Assembly: GCA_951406725.2 (NCBI GenBank)
Contig: OX597842.1
Span: forward strand, 29,016,001 to 29,080,000
Origin: Octopus vulgaris
Lineage: Eukaryota
Reading direction: 5' to 3'
DNA: 64,000 bases
Part shown: in pieces, positions 25,401-40,489 of the stretch
How positions within the stretch are numbered: position 1 is the stretch's first letter
Layout of the letters: every line of letters starts with the position of its first letter
Translations under genes and position numbers: made by a program
The notes under the pieces: generated by a model
The model's input: the letters and a program-made list of their open reading frames with translations, nothing else
What the model was told of the DNA's origin: nothing
Database searches by the model: none

Positions 25401-28400
25401 TAACAATTTTGCAACATCTTGGAGACACTTCTCCTCTAACTTTGGAGTTTCTGAAATAAATATTTGCAACTGTTATACTTGAGAGTAAAAATTCTTTATT
25501 AATAATCTATATTTTATTATAGTGGGACATACCTGTCATCATCGCTGGTCATCGAGTGACCACTATGTTTTTGGTCAACATGTTTATGCTTTCTCCAGTG
25601 GGACCAGGTAAATAGCTCAATACTTAGGTCTACAACAAAATAGACTAACCTTCCTCAATTTCCTTTCTCTATTAAGACATCTTAAATAATCTAACAATGT
25701 TACAATTATCTCATTTAATTATCACTTGATAACACTGTTTTTCTTTTAGTTTTCATTTTTTCTTCTTATATATGTGCCACATGTATTTGAGATGTTAGAA
25801 GACTTCTTAATGAAGCAGATTTCTTTCCAGGTGGGCAATGATTAATTCTACAGAGGGGAGCAAAAACATATCAGGTATCCAAAAACACTTTATGCTTTCA
25901 CAAAATCTTATTAACTATATATAATTGTTCATCCATACATTATAGCAATAAAAAAACCTGAAATGTTGCATAAAAACTGATACTCAAGAATTTTATAAGC
26001 AAGGCAGGGATACAGATCAAACTGGAAGCATCAAATCTTTTATTTGCTAGGAAATGTTGGCTTAGCTATTGCCTTTAACCTATCTTCAGTTTGTGCCATG
26101 ACCTCTATACCTCTACTCTTACTGGACAATGAGGTAGCATACCATCGTCCAAAAGATTTTAGAGGTTTCTCTTTAACCCTTGGCATGGTTTTGTATGCTG
26201 TTTTGAACTTCACTTGCTTCAACTAACCTTTTGACAAATGACTGCATTAATTATTTGGTTTAAACCCCATTCTTGACCAAAGAATTAGTTAATCCAGTCC
26301 ATCCAGAACTATTTGCATACCCTTTTGGTCTCTTGTTAGTATTGTTATATCATCCTTTAAATTCCTTCTTGGGTGATTTCACTCGAGCCAATTCTTCTGA
26401 TCAATCTGCTGATCTAAGTAACATCTCCATAACAAGCACAAACCAAATGACTGATATTGTGCAACCTACAGCAATTCCAGTTTCCAAACGATGTCTGTTG
26501 TGAAATTTTCTGTCAGGAACCACATTTTGAAATTATTACAGCAGCTTCTAGCCAGATCTCTAATCTTCTCTCATATATAAAAGAAGTTCATTGGTTCCAT
26601 CACTAATTTGTGTGGTACAGAACCATAAGCATCAACCAGATCAGGTCATACAACGTTCAAATCCCTTTTATTCTTCTTTGTGTCTTGTATTGCATTGCAG
26701 ATTGAAAAATCATGTTCTACCCATCCAGTGGTTCTGGACATTCCAGCATCCTGGACACTCTCGGTCTCATAGTCATTATTTTGGAGATGTGTAGCTGATC
26801 TCTTGGCAACTGGACCCATATAAATCTTGCCATCTACATTCAAAATTGAAAAGGGTCTGAACTGCTCAATCAGTTCTGTTTCAGCTTTCTTTGGTAAGTA
26901 ATTTTTTTCTGCCTTGTACTAGTCATCAACCATTTCACCTTTATGCCACAACTCTTTAAGTACAGCTTATAACATAATTGTGTACAATACCTATACACTT
27001 TCTATGATACATCATCACCTCCTGGGGCACTCTTTGCTTTTGCCTTCTTCACTCAGCTATATAATTGTTTCTGCTAGAAACCACCAAGTTGAGATTTGAT
27101 TCGTAGTTTTTTGGGGGCATTTCAAACTGTCCATGAGTGGGAATGGATTATCTCACTTAGGATCAGTGTAGATCTCCTGTATGTGCCCCTCCAGTTCATC
27201 ATCATCACTTCACATCCTCTGTCCATGCTGGCGTGGGTTGGACAGTTTGACTGAGGCTGGTAAGTTGGAAGGCTGCACCAGACTCCAGTCTGATTTGGCA
27301 TGGTTTCTACGGCTGGATGCCCTTCTTAATGCCAACCATTCCCAGAGTGCAATGGGTGCTTTTACATGCCACCAGTATCTGCTACGACTGCAATTTTACT
27401 TGGCTTGATGAGTTGTCTTCTCAATACTTGGCTTAAAGGTCATGTTCTAAAACACCAAACAATCAGTCTCACCAAAAAGCCAACTGAAGTCTCACCAAAA
27501 TAGACAGAAAAGCGAAAGGTTTTACTTGATATGATTGGAAGAGATGATTCAGTTGGACAGCAATATAGTGTGGTAACGAGGGTTTTGAAAAATGAATGTT
27601 AATTATGAATTCTTCGATTAATACAAGTGGATAGATCTGTAGGAGAGAGTATGAAGTCAATTAGTTTGACATGTTATGTAACTTGTAATTGTTTTACTGA
27701 CCCGTGAGGAATGAAATGAAAAGTCAACCCAAGAAGGTACTGAACTCAGAGAATGAATGTTAATAATAATAATAAAAGCTTAATTCAACTACTAAAACAT
27801 TGTTTCTTTTTAAATGATACAATGTAATGACCAAGGTTAATCATCTGACAATGAGAGTAACCTGCAGTTAGCTAACATGGACATTCAGGCCTATAACTAG
27901 CAGAAATAAACCAGTAATGGCATGTTGTGGTTTCATGTAGTAGTGTGCAAATTGAAAACAGTTGAACGGGAATGGATAATATTAGTTTCAGATTTTGGTA
28001 CAAGGCCAGCAATTACAGAGGAGGGGACTAATTGATTACATCAATCCCAATACACAACTGGTACTTGCTCATCCCCTTGGCAGAAATGGACAAGATTAAT
28101 AGCTGCAAAAATAAAGCAGATTGTAACTGGTGAAATTTCAAATTAGTAAATAATAAAACAAAAAAGTTAAATATATATATATTGAGGTCAGTAGGGATAG
28201 CTAAAAAAGCTTTTCTAGCTATCCCTACTGACCACTAACCATACCTAAGTTGGATTTCATTTATTACATTTTATCCTGCTGCTCTTAGCATCTGCAAACA
28301 GCTTCCGAGTAACCTCACAAGGTTTCTTAACGAGCTGCTCTCTAATTCATTTACTTTCCTTTCTTCTTTCAACATGTCTGATATTTCTTTGCATAAGTTA

Positions 28401-31400
28401 GAGAGGAACGTTTAATTTTGTTGAATACATAACAATCTTTCTTGTACTTGTGCCACAATAAAATGCACCCAGGATCCTTTATAAAGTGGATGGTGTTAGG
28501 AAGGGCAGACCATCATAGAAAAGCTGGAATGTTTTAGTGGGACATGATCCTCAACCAACGAAGGTGGACAGTAACTGCTAATAAGAACTGACTTGGACAG
28601 TGACCCCCCCCACCATCTATTCCACAGGAACATGGAAATCAGATGATACATGATGAGGACAATGTCATTTATTGTATCTTGCAGCTAGTATCTATTAAAA
28701 AGAGAATGCGAGAGAGAGAGAGAAAAACAACAAAGAAGCAATGGCTATCTCAGTAGCAAGCCAGTGTTTTCTACTTCGATAAAGACAATGCGTTTAATGG
28801 ATGTAATGATAGATTTCCTATCAGTGACAAAAAGACAGGATGTTGACACTTGGAATGCATTTCATTGTAAGTCTGCCAGATTTTGAGAGACTCCTGCTAA
28901 AACAACAACAACTTATTAGTAAACACAGTATAAATGTAAAACGAAGGCCTTGTCGTTAAAGCACTTGTTCACCCCCAACCAAATAACATATTTTAGTTCT
29001 CTATTCCAAAAGACATCATTAACTTTTGTCTGTTCTAACCTTGGTGGGCATTCTCTTAAATTTCAGTAATTTCTTCAAAAGAATTATTAAACAGATAATT
29101 TTTCAATTGAAAATTAAGATTGGAGCCTGTTCTCAGTCCTTCTGACAAACAAAATATGCTCAAGTGAAGTAAAACTAATTTGAAATCACTTACGGACTTA
29201 TTTTATACTCACCAACTTGCTGTTGCTTAACTGCCACCTTCTTTGATGTGCTATGGGAGCGGTTTTCCTCCAAATTTAAACTCTCTGAAATAAATATTTA
29301 AAAGTTTTACAATATATAGTTAAATTTTTTAAAATTATTTTTCTTAATAGTCTATATTTTATTATTGTCAGACATTCCTATTATCAATGGTCAACTGGTG
29401 ACCATTATGGTTCTGGCTAATATTTTTATACTTTCTACCGTGATACCATGTTAAAGCTCAACATTCAGGGCCACCACAAAATAGACTAACCTTCCTAAAT
29501 TCCTCCCCTTTTCTCTCTCTATTAAGACTACATAATCTAACATTTCTGCGAATATCTCATTCAATTATCACTTGATAACACTGTTTTTCTCTTCATTGTG
29601 ACTTTTCTTTCCTACAACCTGTTCTCAGTCATTCACACAAACAATATAGCTCAGGTGAAAGTAAAATTTATAGAAATCAATTACGGTTATTTTATACTCA
29701 CCAACAGATTCTGCAACCATCTTGACTGCTTTTTCTTCAGACTTTGGACACACTGAAATAAGCATTTCAAAGTTTTATACTTCATAGTAAAATTTCTTTG
29801 TCTCTTTTAATAATCTATATTCCATTTTTGTAAGGCATTCATATCATCAATAGTCAATTGGTGACCACTATGCTTTCGGTCAACACTTTCTAAGCTGTTA
29901 CTATATAATAGTTCAATATTTAGAACCACAACAAAATAGGCAAACCTTTCTAAATCTCATCTTTCTATTAAGACATCCTATATACTAATCTAACAATTCT
30001 GAAATTCTCTCACTTAGTTATCACTTCATAACACTCTTTTTCTCTTAGTTTTGTCTTTCCTTTGTTATGTCTGTGCTGGTCACATGACATGCCATTGTCC
30101 TCTCATCTCGAACCTTCACTAACCAATATTCTTCTCATCTTCTGCTAAATTCCAGTGTCAACCAAACTGGTCTTCAAAGATCTGGCCACAAAGGCATGAC
30201 ACATTGCTTCAGGAAGGATAAACATACCCCAGCTCTCATTTTTATATGTTACTGTTGGTAATCTTTAATTTTAACTGCCCACATCACACTTCACCAGAAT
30301 ACCACCTGATTCAGAAAAGATCTGAAGATATTTCAATGTCATTCATCCTCCTTAATAAGCAGCTTTTTCTTTTTCCAGGTGAGCAATGATTAGTTCTACA
30401 CAGGTGGAGCAGAAAGTGATAACAGGTATCCTGAAACATTACATTTGTATAAAACCTCCTTAACTTAAAACTGTTTATCTACACGTTATTGCAAAGGAGT
30501 TATATCTGAAATGGGACACTAGAATTCATTCTCAAGAATATATAAGACTCGCTAAGAGTCAGATCCTTAAACTCTCAGTTGAGATTTTGTCATTGAAATT
30601 CTTACATTACAAAGCTGACTGTGATGTTGTAGGAAGTACTGTTGTCCTTAATTATCAGTTTCCCAAGATACTTATAAATCATTAACCTCATATAAAAGCT
30701 GACAACTGAATATAAAAAGTTGATGTTTACTGATGGGACCTTGGAGATTTATTGATATTTCATTTATATTTCAGTAAAACGTATTAGTCTTATGTTGCAG
30801 ACAGTACTCTTTTGATGTGGGACAGGTTTCCTACATGGATAAAGACAATATTCAGTGGGTGTAGTCATGGATATACTATCAAAGGGAAAAGACACTTGGG
30901 ACATCTTTTATCATACGTCTGTCAGATTATGACAGATCTGGGTCGATACGACATTATTCCATTCCATAATGTCATGTGACAAACAGACAGATCATCAAAT
31001 CATATTCTTACCAACTCTCCTTTTGCTTTCTATACATGTTTTACACTTGGGACATCTTTTAAGTTGGATTTTGCTACAATCTTCACATAAAACAGTATGT
31101 GCACAGGGTTGTAACTCCATGCTGGCTTCTTTCTCTTCACAAAACATACATCTGTGGAAAAAAACATAAAACACATCCCACCTATAACATTCATTTCTAA
31201 CAAATATTACATGTTTGTTTTATGTTTACAGTACAGAATATTATGAAACACCAGACTGACCAGAGTGAGGTGCATGGCTAAGTTGTTAGGCTTTTGGACT
31301 CCTAGAGTAAAATTGCGGTTTCAATTCCTGGACAAGGCGATGTGTAAAGTTCTTTAGCAAAACACTTCAGTCTAGGCTTGCCCTGCATACAAACCTGCCC

Positions 31401-34400
31401 CTTATTATAGGTGAGTCCATGTTCATTGATCTACATCTTATCAACTTCAGATGTGTTCCTCCAAAACAATTTTATTTGCCTCAGTTGATTGGATCAAAAC
31501 CCAAACGAGTTAGATTCACCTTCTACTGAGCTATGTGCATACTGTTTAGCTTCTTATAAGGACAGGTGTGATAAATTGAGCTCTTCGTCATTCACCACCT
31601 GATACACACCTGAAGTTACATATTGTAGGTCCCTTAAATCACGACTCAATACCAGATGAAAAAGGGATGCAAACTGGTCTGAGGATATCCTCTTCCATGA
31701 ACCATGACAGATTTAAATCGAGATACAAATTATTGTTTAAAAATAGCCACAGTTTATGCAATAAAGTTCCCTATTTTTCATTCCTAAGTTAAAAGTACTG
31801 ATTCCAATCTCATTTGTTAAACCTGGACACATTCTTTACTGTGCAATGGTGTTTTTAGCATGGCTGGCTACATTTTCTTTCACAAAGACCTCTTTCATTA
31901 CCTTGGAGGTGGTGCGATGGTCTATGCTTGCTCAAGCTTTTCAGAAATTGCTTGTGAAGATTCAAACCAGTCACAAGAGGAAGTTTTCTGCGACATAAAA
32001 GCACATCAACATTTACCATCCTCGAAACTTTTTAGAGCTGCATCTATGAAAATGGTCACCTATGTTCTCATACTTGTGATTTCAATTACCCAATATTGAT
32101 TAGGAAATCTTTCACTGGCCACAAAATGCAACCGATTCCCTTCATTTAATGTTAGATTCAAACTAACCCCAAGTAGTCCTCTCTCCCTTAAAAGGTAACA
32201 ACACTTTCGATCTGCTATTTACCACTGCTCCTGAAATTATCAGCCTCAATAGTGATGAACCCTTAGGTGACTCTGATCATACTCCAATCTTGCAAAAGTA
32301 TTTCTAATGGATAGAAAGAAAAGCCACCCTAACCTCCAAACTGCTTCGTTTTCCTGGAACTCCGACTGTACTGAGGTATAGTTCCCTGACTGGCTTCGAC
32401 TTTACAATTCTGGAGATGTCAAGACTAACCTTCAGCACATCCATCCTTAATTCATGAATAAGTGTCGGTGCCATAGAAACGTTTTAGAAGCCTGAATATG
32501 TGAGAGACTGCCAGGAAATATCGATGAGATGCTGGACGTGATAAAAGAACAGGGGATAAAAGAAGAAGGGGCAACATGGTACCCTGCCATATTAAAGGAG
32601 TGACAAATGTACCGTTTTCACTGCTACTGAGATCAAATTCCATAAAACCTGTTGAATTCTGCAATATCGCAATGCTAATTGAAGCATATGTGCAATTATG
32701 CTTCCTCTTGTCTTGGTGGTGTTATTCATCTGCTTCTCAAAGGGTGCACCCTTCTTCTACTGCACCAGCTTTTTGTCCTCTTCTAATTCAGCTTAGCCCA
32801 GTTTAATGGAAAGTTGCCATTATCCTCCCCCGTTCAAAAAGGGAGTGACCAGACATCCCCTGTTGATTACCATCCAGTCAGTCTCACAGAATTAATGGAT
32901 CTACAGGAAGACATTTTGGAACATCTGGAACCCTCATAAGCTTATTCAAACTCCAACCATTTCGATTTATCCCTAACTGTTGCTGCATTGAATTTCTTCA
33001 CAGATGGTGGTTCATGGGTGGATATTATCTCTATCAACTTCACCAAAGTCTTTAATTCCATGCCACAGTGATCAATTACGGCACAACTGTCTGGAATGGG
33101 TGCGAGGACTAAATTATATAACTGCTTAAAATACTTACATTCTCAGTTGAAAAGACAGAGTCACAACACTAAGCTAACATTCTGCACCCAACACAGAAGA
33201 CCTACAAGGAACTACTCTTGGTTTTCTCTTGCTACTTCTATGTAAATATAGAAGATAGGAAATATAGAAATAATAGCCAAGTGGTGGTTTTCAGCCATGT
33301 GGCATAGAGAAACAGACGGACATAGCAATGACGTGAATGGCTCTAAGTCTAATCGACTAAGAAGCAAAGAGCAGGGTTAGCAAGCTGTTTTTATGAATGG
33401 AATGCTGGACATTCTAGAAACTTCCAAGAGAAACGCTAAGATACTTGAATAATTAAGAATCACATCTTATGACACAGATGCTGCGAGAAACTTCGTGAAG
33501 GGAGGTTACTCTATATGCTTTCTTGCAAGGGAGATCATTCAACTATTTAGCTACATAGACCACTACACTTCTGATGTACCTTTTTATGACTCTTTTACTG
33601 TTAGCCTTTCTGTTTTTTGTGTTTTATTCTATGTATCGTGCATGTACACCTAGCTTTCATAACGGTCTTTCTTTACTTGACTAAGCACTGCTTTCCATCC
33701 CCTCTTTTACCCTTTCCCAGTAAGTTGTAGTACACCTCAGCTCTGTATACATTATGTTATTACAATATTTGCATAAAAGATTATTTGCTAATTAATAAGT
33801 CCAACCAATGCTTGTCTATCGGATAAAACAGAGCTATATTTATACAGTTCAGAAATCAACATCTAAAGACAATATCTGAATGTCAACAGACAAAGAAAGT
33901 TATGCATATTCTCACAGAGAATAATGTGTCTTGTTCATCAGCAGCTAACAAATATATGGCAAAGTAACAGCTAAAACTTATGAAATACAGGAGTCTAATG
34001 TGACCAAGAAGCCTAAAAGACTAAGAATGGTATAGGTGTTACAAGAACGATTTATGTTTCCTGGCAATTTTATTCTGTGAAGATGTGTGTCAGTGTTCTA
34101 GCAATATTAACAGAAATATGTGTGTGTGTGTGTATATACACTTGGTGACCCTGCCAGTGCTGGGGCCACATAAAAAGCATCCCGTCCACACTGTAAAATG
34201 GCTGGCATTTGGAAGGACATCCAGCTGTAAAAACCATTCCAAAACTGGCCTTGCCTGCGCTGGTGTTACTCAGTCCACTCTGCTGGGCATGCCAAAACAG
34301 ACAGAAGTTTGGTGTAGACTTCTGGCGGGCTCCCTTTCAAACCATCCAACTCATGCCAGGATGGAAACGGACGTTAAGCAATGATGATAATGATGTTGAT

Positions 34401-37400
34401 GATATATATACACACACTGTTTGGGTGTGTAGTTTATTTTCTTATGAAACCTTTCATAATAATGAACTGATTGGAACAGAGAAGAGAGAGAACATGTTGG
34501 TAGACAGATAAATTCCATTTGTTTTTATGTAACAACTTCAAAATCTGTTCATTCACTTCACTGTTTAGTTCTACATTTTCTTATTGGTCACAAATCTTTA
34601 AAATAGGGAACTAAGAAAGGTAGATGGGTGGTGGTAGACAGTGAGGTACAACTACCAACCCAAACAGTGCTCTTCATTGGATCACATAACAACTGCATTT
34701 TGTTTATTGTTCTTCATACTATTGTTGTGTGGCCTTTGATCAAGACACTATGGCAGTATAATGTATTGGTAGAATTAAAATTAAACAAACATAAACATGA
34801 TTATATACAAAATAGAAAATAAACTGTCACTGCCAATGAATACTTACTGTCGTGGCAGGAATAATTCTTTAAATTTTTCTTTCAAATCTGCATCCCCAAT
34901 GAGGTCCAATGGAGCTACATTCTTATTATTTTTCGTGTACAAGTTGGCCCCCTGGTGGGCTAGATAGCCAGCGACTGCTACACCAGAGAGCCTCTTTTCG
35001 ATCGGCAACCCAAGCTTAGCACAGCACTACAAATGACAAAGTATAAAATGATGATTACAATATTTCACAAATATACTTCGTAGATACCCAAATTACACAA
35101 CAGTTCAACTACGTATACAAATAGTTTGTATCTCCAGCGCTTAAACTGATTGCACAATATTAAGTTCCGACATCATCTCTAATTGAATCCATTTCCCATT
35201 TTCATTTGTTTTTAGTCTATTCTCAACATTATGACATATTTTATATATATGGTCATTATATTAAACAGAACAAACATTACTGATTAACATCAAGTTTATT
35301 GGTAATTAATGCGTAAATAATTATTTGCCAATCACAAATATCACAAGATATTCAATAAAAAACAATTTAAAACCAAATCATAGCATCAAGTCAAATATAT
35401 GGAATATAATGGAACAAACGTCACAAATATTAGAACACAACAAACTATCTATTCAACTAGCTTGGTGAATCCATAAATGGCCATCACACAAGAAATATGG
35501 AGGAGTATTGTATATATAAATATAACACAACAACATGACAGCAAACAAGTTACATGAGAACTGAGAATACTTAGAACAGACACAACAACAAAAGCAACAC
35601 CACACAGACATATCCAAAAATAACAATGTTTCCATAATTAATAAAGAAACCTCTTTGGATAATGAAGGTGAAGTAAAGGAAGTAAGAATTAGTGTCACAG
35701 TTGAGGCAGCACACCAACACATTATAGTTAATAAACTGCTCAAACTGTTAGACAATTCCAGTTGGGTGGGTAGCTGACTGCAAGAGTGGCTTCTTCTCAC
35801 CAAAGTAGACATTACTACAATTTACATATGATCATCAAATGTCTGAAATAGAGTCACACATCAGTAGTGACCTTTATTTATACGGGAATCAAAGAGTCGA
35901 TTGAATTCTGAAACAGTAGACAATATATACCATCAGATCTCCCGATGGATACATGTTGATGCATTTGTTTATATATATATATATATATATATACAGAAAG
36001 AGAGAGAGACAGACAGAGAGAGAGAGAGAGAGAGACTGATAAATAAATATGTAGTTGAACATACACAACCTACATACAGGAAAACACACCAAGGACCTTC
36101 CTTCATTGTATCCATTCTCTAGTGTTCTAACATTCAACATTCTGATGACATGTCTACAGGAAACCAGTGGATACACATTGTGTGCAAGATGTGTGATAAA
36201 GAGTCGTTTCGGGAAGAATTCTTCCCAGAATGGTCTGGATGCATTTATCATGGCACCAGCATTATAAAGGTTATCGTCTATCATGTCCCACAGACCTCTC
36301 CTCCTCCCTGTTTCATTGTTATTTGGGAATGTCTCCTCTTTGTCATTGGTCACCTTTCCTTCACACTGTGATGGCTGTGTTTATATAGCCAACAAGATGG
36401 GTTACCTCCTTTACAGGGGAGAGAGCATGCCTTCGAGGGTGAAAGGAGATGGAATATAGTTAGTTACATAATATAACTAGGGTTATCTGGATTGACTGGA
36501 TTACTTAATACTAATGGAAGAGAGGTGGATGGGAGTGAATAGACATGGCAAGCAATGTCTGCCCGTTTCTCTATTTCTCTCTCTTTATCTTACACACACA
36601 CACACAAGCTCACACTTCTACTCATCCTCCTCATCATCATTTAATGTCCATTTTCCATGCTGGTGTGGGTTCAATGGTTCAGCAAGGGCTGGCCAACTGC
36701 AGAGCAGCTCAGGGTCCAATTGCCAGTTTTGGCATGGTTTCTGTGGTTGGATGCCCTTCCTAATGCCAACCACACACACACATTCACAAACAATTTTAAA
36801 AACTTACCTCATCTAAAATGGTAATACGTTCCTCCTCAGAACGAAATTCCTGTTTCTCTGCTGCAATATGCAAACAATTATTGCCATCCTTCTCGACGGC
36901 ATTCATATTTGCACCGCACGTGATAAGTTTGTGGACTATTCCGATGTGGATTGCAGACACGGCTTCCAGTAAGGGTGTTCTTTTACGATTGTTCGCAATA
37001 TCCAGTTTCACTGAATCCTTTGTGGAAGTAAAAATAGAAATTGAAAATGTACATGAAAATTAGGGTGGATGTGTCATTGCTGTCTTCTACTGGGTACTTG
37101 ATCAACCTGATCATGTACATTTGATGTTTGTTAGTGTAGTCAACCTTCTGTAAGGTCCCTCTATAACACGCTATGGATATTTGTTAGGGACATGATAAAT
37201 CTATTAAGATGTCATAAACAGATTGTTTCAGCCTCATCTTCATTTATCCCTCACTATATAGTATGTTTTAGGGGACTAGAACAAGAGTGAAAATATAATT
37301 AGCAGATCAAGTCTAGTAAAGACGAATTATATACTTAATGTAAGCCTTTCATGTTGCTATGTTAATAAGGGATCCATAAAAAGGGGGAGTTGGTTAGTGT

Positions 37401-37596
37401 CCACATCCTTACATCACTGTATATACAGATGCATAAATATATTAACGTTATGGATGTAACACGCACACATATATATACATGCACATATATATACACGCAC
37501 ACACATTCATATAACAATCAAAATTGCCACTGAAAAAATATATATATATAATATATAAATATATGCATATATACATAAATATATGTACATACCTAC

Positions 37597-37627
<31 letters not shown>

Positions 37628-40059
37628 CATGCATATATGGGTACAAGACATAAAAAAAACGAACACAATGAGAAACGAAAACATAGAAATGAACTTTTCT
37701 TCGAACAACTACAAAAAACAAACAGATCTCTTGGATCCACTTTAGACAGCCTCTCCTTCTCTCACGCGTTCTCTACATTTAGGAGCCTTTCATAGTGGCA
37801 CTTCCAAGCCTATTTCTTTGCAGAGTCACTAACTGCAACGGAGCCATCATCCATGTGAACACACTTCTCTCCCACAACATCACAGTTTTCCTTGGCAAGC
37901 CAAAACACTTCAAATCTCTGCTCCTCACTTTGCAAGACATTGGCAAACTTCTTCCTTTCTGCTTCACTCATGGCTGAGTATACCTGCTTCCTAGCTTCCT
38001 TTCTAACTGCCAGATACAACTCCCAGCTGCCACCACCCTTCCCATCCTTGTCCCTGTCAATTACCCTTTTCCACCACCACATCACCCTACGCCTGGCTGG
38101 GACATTGCACCAGCCACAAATTTGGTCTGAAACTCTCAGCAAGTTGTCCCATTGGAACTTCCACTTATCCTCAATGCTGCAAGTCTGAAATTCCTCCTCC
38201 TTCCCATTATATGCTTCATTTAGGACATCACTAAATTTCTGACTAATTGAAGGTTCCTTCAGCTTCCATACTCTTCTTTTCCAAACTGGCTTGCTTCTTG
38301 GAATCCTTCAAGCCAGTAGCTTGAACTCCCTAATGAGTAACCTATGCTGTGGGCTACATTCTTCTCTATTGAAGGCCTTTGCATTTATGAGCAGACATGA
38401 ATCCTGCTTTTGGGTGAGAATGTAGTCAGTTTGGTGAGCATGTACCTTGGATTTATAGGTTATCAAGTGGCTGGCCGGCTTTCTGAAGCAAGTGTTGCGA
38501 TTATTTGGTCATTTGCACCACAGAACTCCAGTAGCCTTGCACTCCCCTCATTTCAGGAACCAAATCTGCATCCTCCATGGAAGATACCTCGGTGCTGCCC
38601 AACATATCCATTGAAATCACTGGCCACGAAGATAAGGTCACAGTCATTTATCTTTGAAGTGGCCAGCAGAAGAGTGTCATAGAAGTAGCCCTTCAGTTCA
38701 TTTGGCAGACCCAGTTGTCTGTGTGTGTGTGGGGAGGAGCGCATAGGATGAGATGATTGTTGCTGTGCCTACATTGACTGCAGCTATCAGCATCTGAAAA
38801 GGTTGTTTATGGACACCTGTAAATAGGAGTTAATCAGGTATTGTCACCACCAGCAGTGGAGGGTGCCGCATCCTGGCATTCATGCAATGCAATGTTAATA
38901 CAAATACAGGTAAATAAGTTAGGTAGACAAATACAGTAAGGGTAGTTAATCCGCTGAGTTAGGTAGGGAGAGGACAAGGGAAGTTGATTCATCATGTATT
39001 GATGGTAATGGATTAACGAAGCAATAGGGACTGAGTGCAGCGTACCCTCATTTAGCTTTGTTGCTGGGGACAAGGACCTTTAACTTATCTCTGCTGCATA
39101 ATCTGAGTGTGCAATGTGTCTGGCAAGAGTAACTCTCTCTCTGGGTATACATATATATATATATACACATACATAGACATTTATACATATGTGCAGAGGG
39201 AAAAAAGCAGCCAAGAAGCGAAATAAATTATTGGATACAAGATAAAATGCAGACACCAACAATTTACACATAACACACACACACACACCCACAACATGAG
39301 AGACAGACATTAAAAGATGATGATCATCATTATTTACATTATTTACATTATTTACATTTGATGGATATTTGTCCTCATCTTGTTTGTTGTTAACACAATG
39401 TTTCGGCTGATATACCCTCCAGCCTTTGTCAGGTGTCTTGAGGAAATTTCGAACCTATGTTCTCATTCCAAAGGTATTTTTCAATGTTATTATTATTATT
39501 ATTATTATTACTATTATTATTATTGTTATTATTATTCAAGTCACTGCCTGGAACTGAACTCGGAATCTTGAGGTTAGTAGCCTGTACTATTAATGATGAT
39601 ATATATAATCTGATATATATGGGTTGAATTCATAATGACCTTGTTTTGTCTGACCATTGAAGATAGTACTGTCAGCAGTGGTGGTCAGTTGGACTGTCAA
39701 CACCACTACTACTGTCATCATTGTTATCACCAATATAATTATTCTTCACAGACCCAAGACCTGCCGTTTAAAGGCTGCTGCAGTGAAGTTGATTAAACCT
39801 ACCCACCACAATTTCACTGGTATTTTGATGATATTAATATCGAATATTAAAGACAGGATATAATTATGTATTTGTTAACTAACCTGGGCCAGCATTGAAG
39901 CCACCACATCATAGTGTTGCCTGAAAGTTATAGAAAGAGGAAAGGAAAAAAGAAAATTATAATCAGATTAATTAAAACAAATTTAATTGGGTCATTACAA
40001 CCTAATTACATCAATAATTACTTACACACATATACATATTATACATGTATGTATGTATG

Positions 40060-40097
<38 letters not shown>

Positions 40098-40224
40098 CAT
40101 ACATATATACACACATACATACATATACATATATATATACACATACATACATACATATATATATATATACACACATACATATATATATATACACACATAC
40201 ATACATATATATATATATACACAC

Positions 40225-40255
<31 letters not shown>

Positions 40256-40346
40256 CACATACATACATATATATATATACACACATACATACATATATAT
40301 ATATATACACGTACGTATATACACAAATACATACATATATATATAT

Positions 40347-40435
<89 letters not shown>

Positions 40436-40454
40436 TACATACACAAATACATAC

Positions 40455-40489
<35 letters not shown>

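Noticed and set aside
37010-37017. Alternative ttcag acceptor for exon 6
   Set aside because: Out of phase with the 37-nt exon 5; the caaag site 7 nt upstream keeps the frame.
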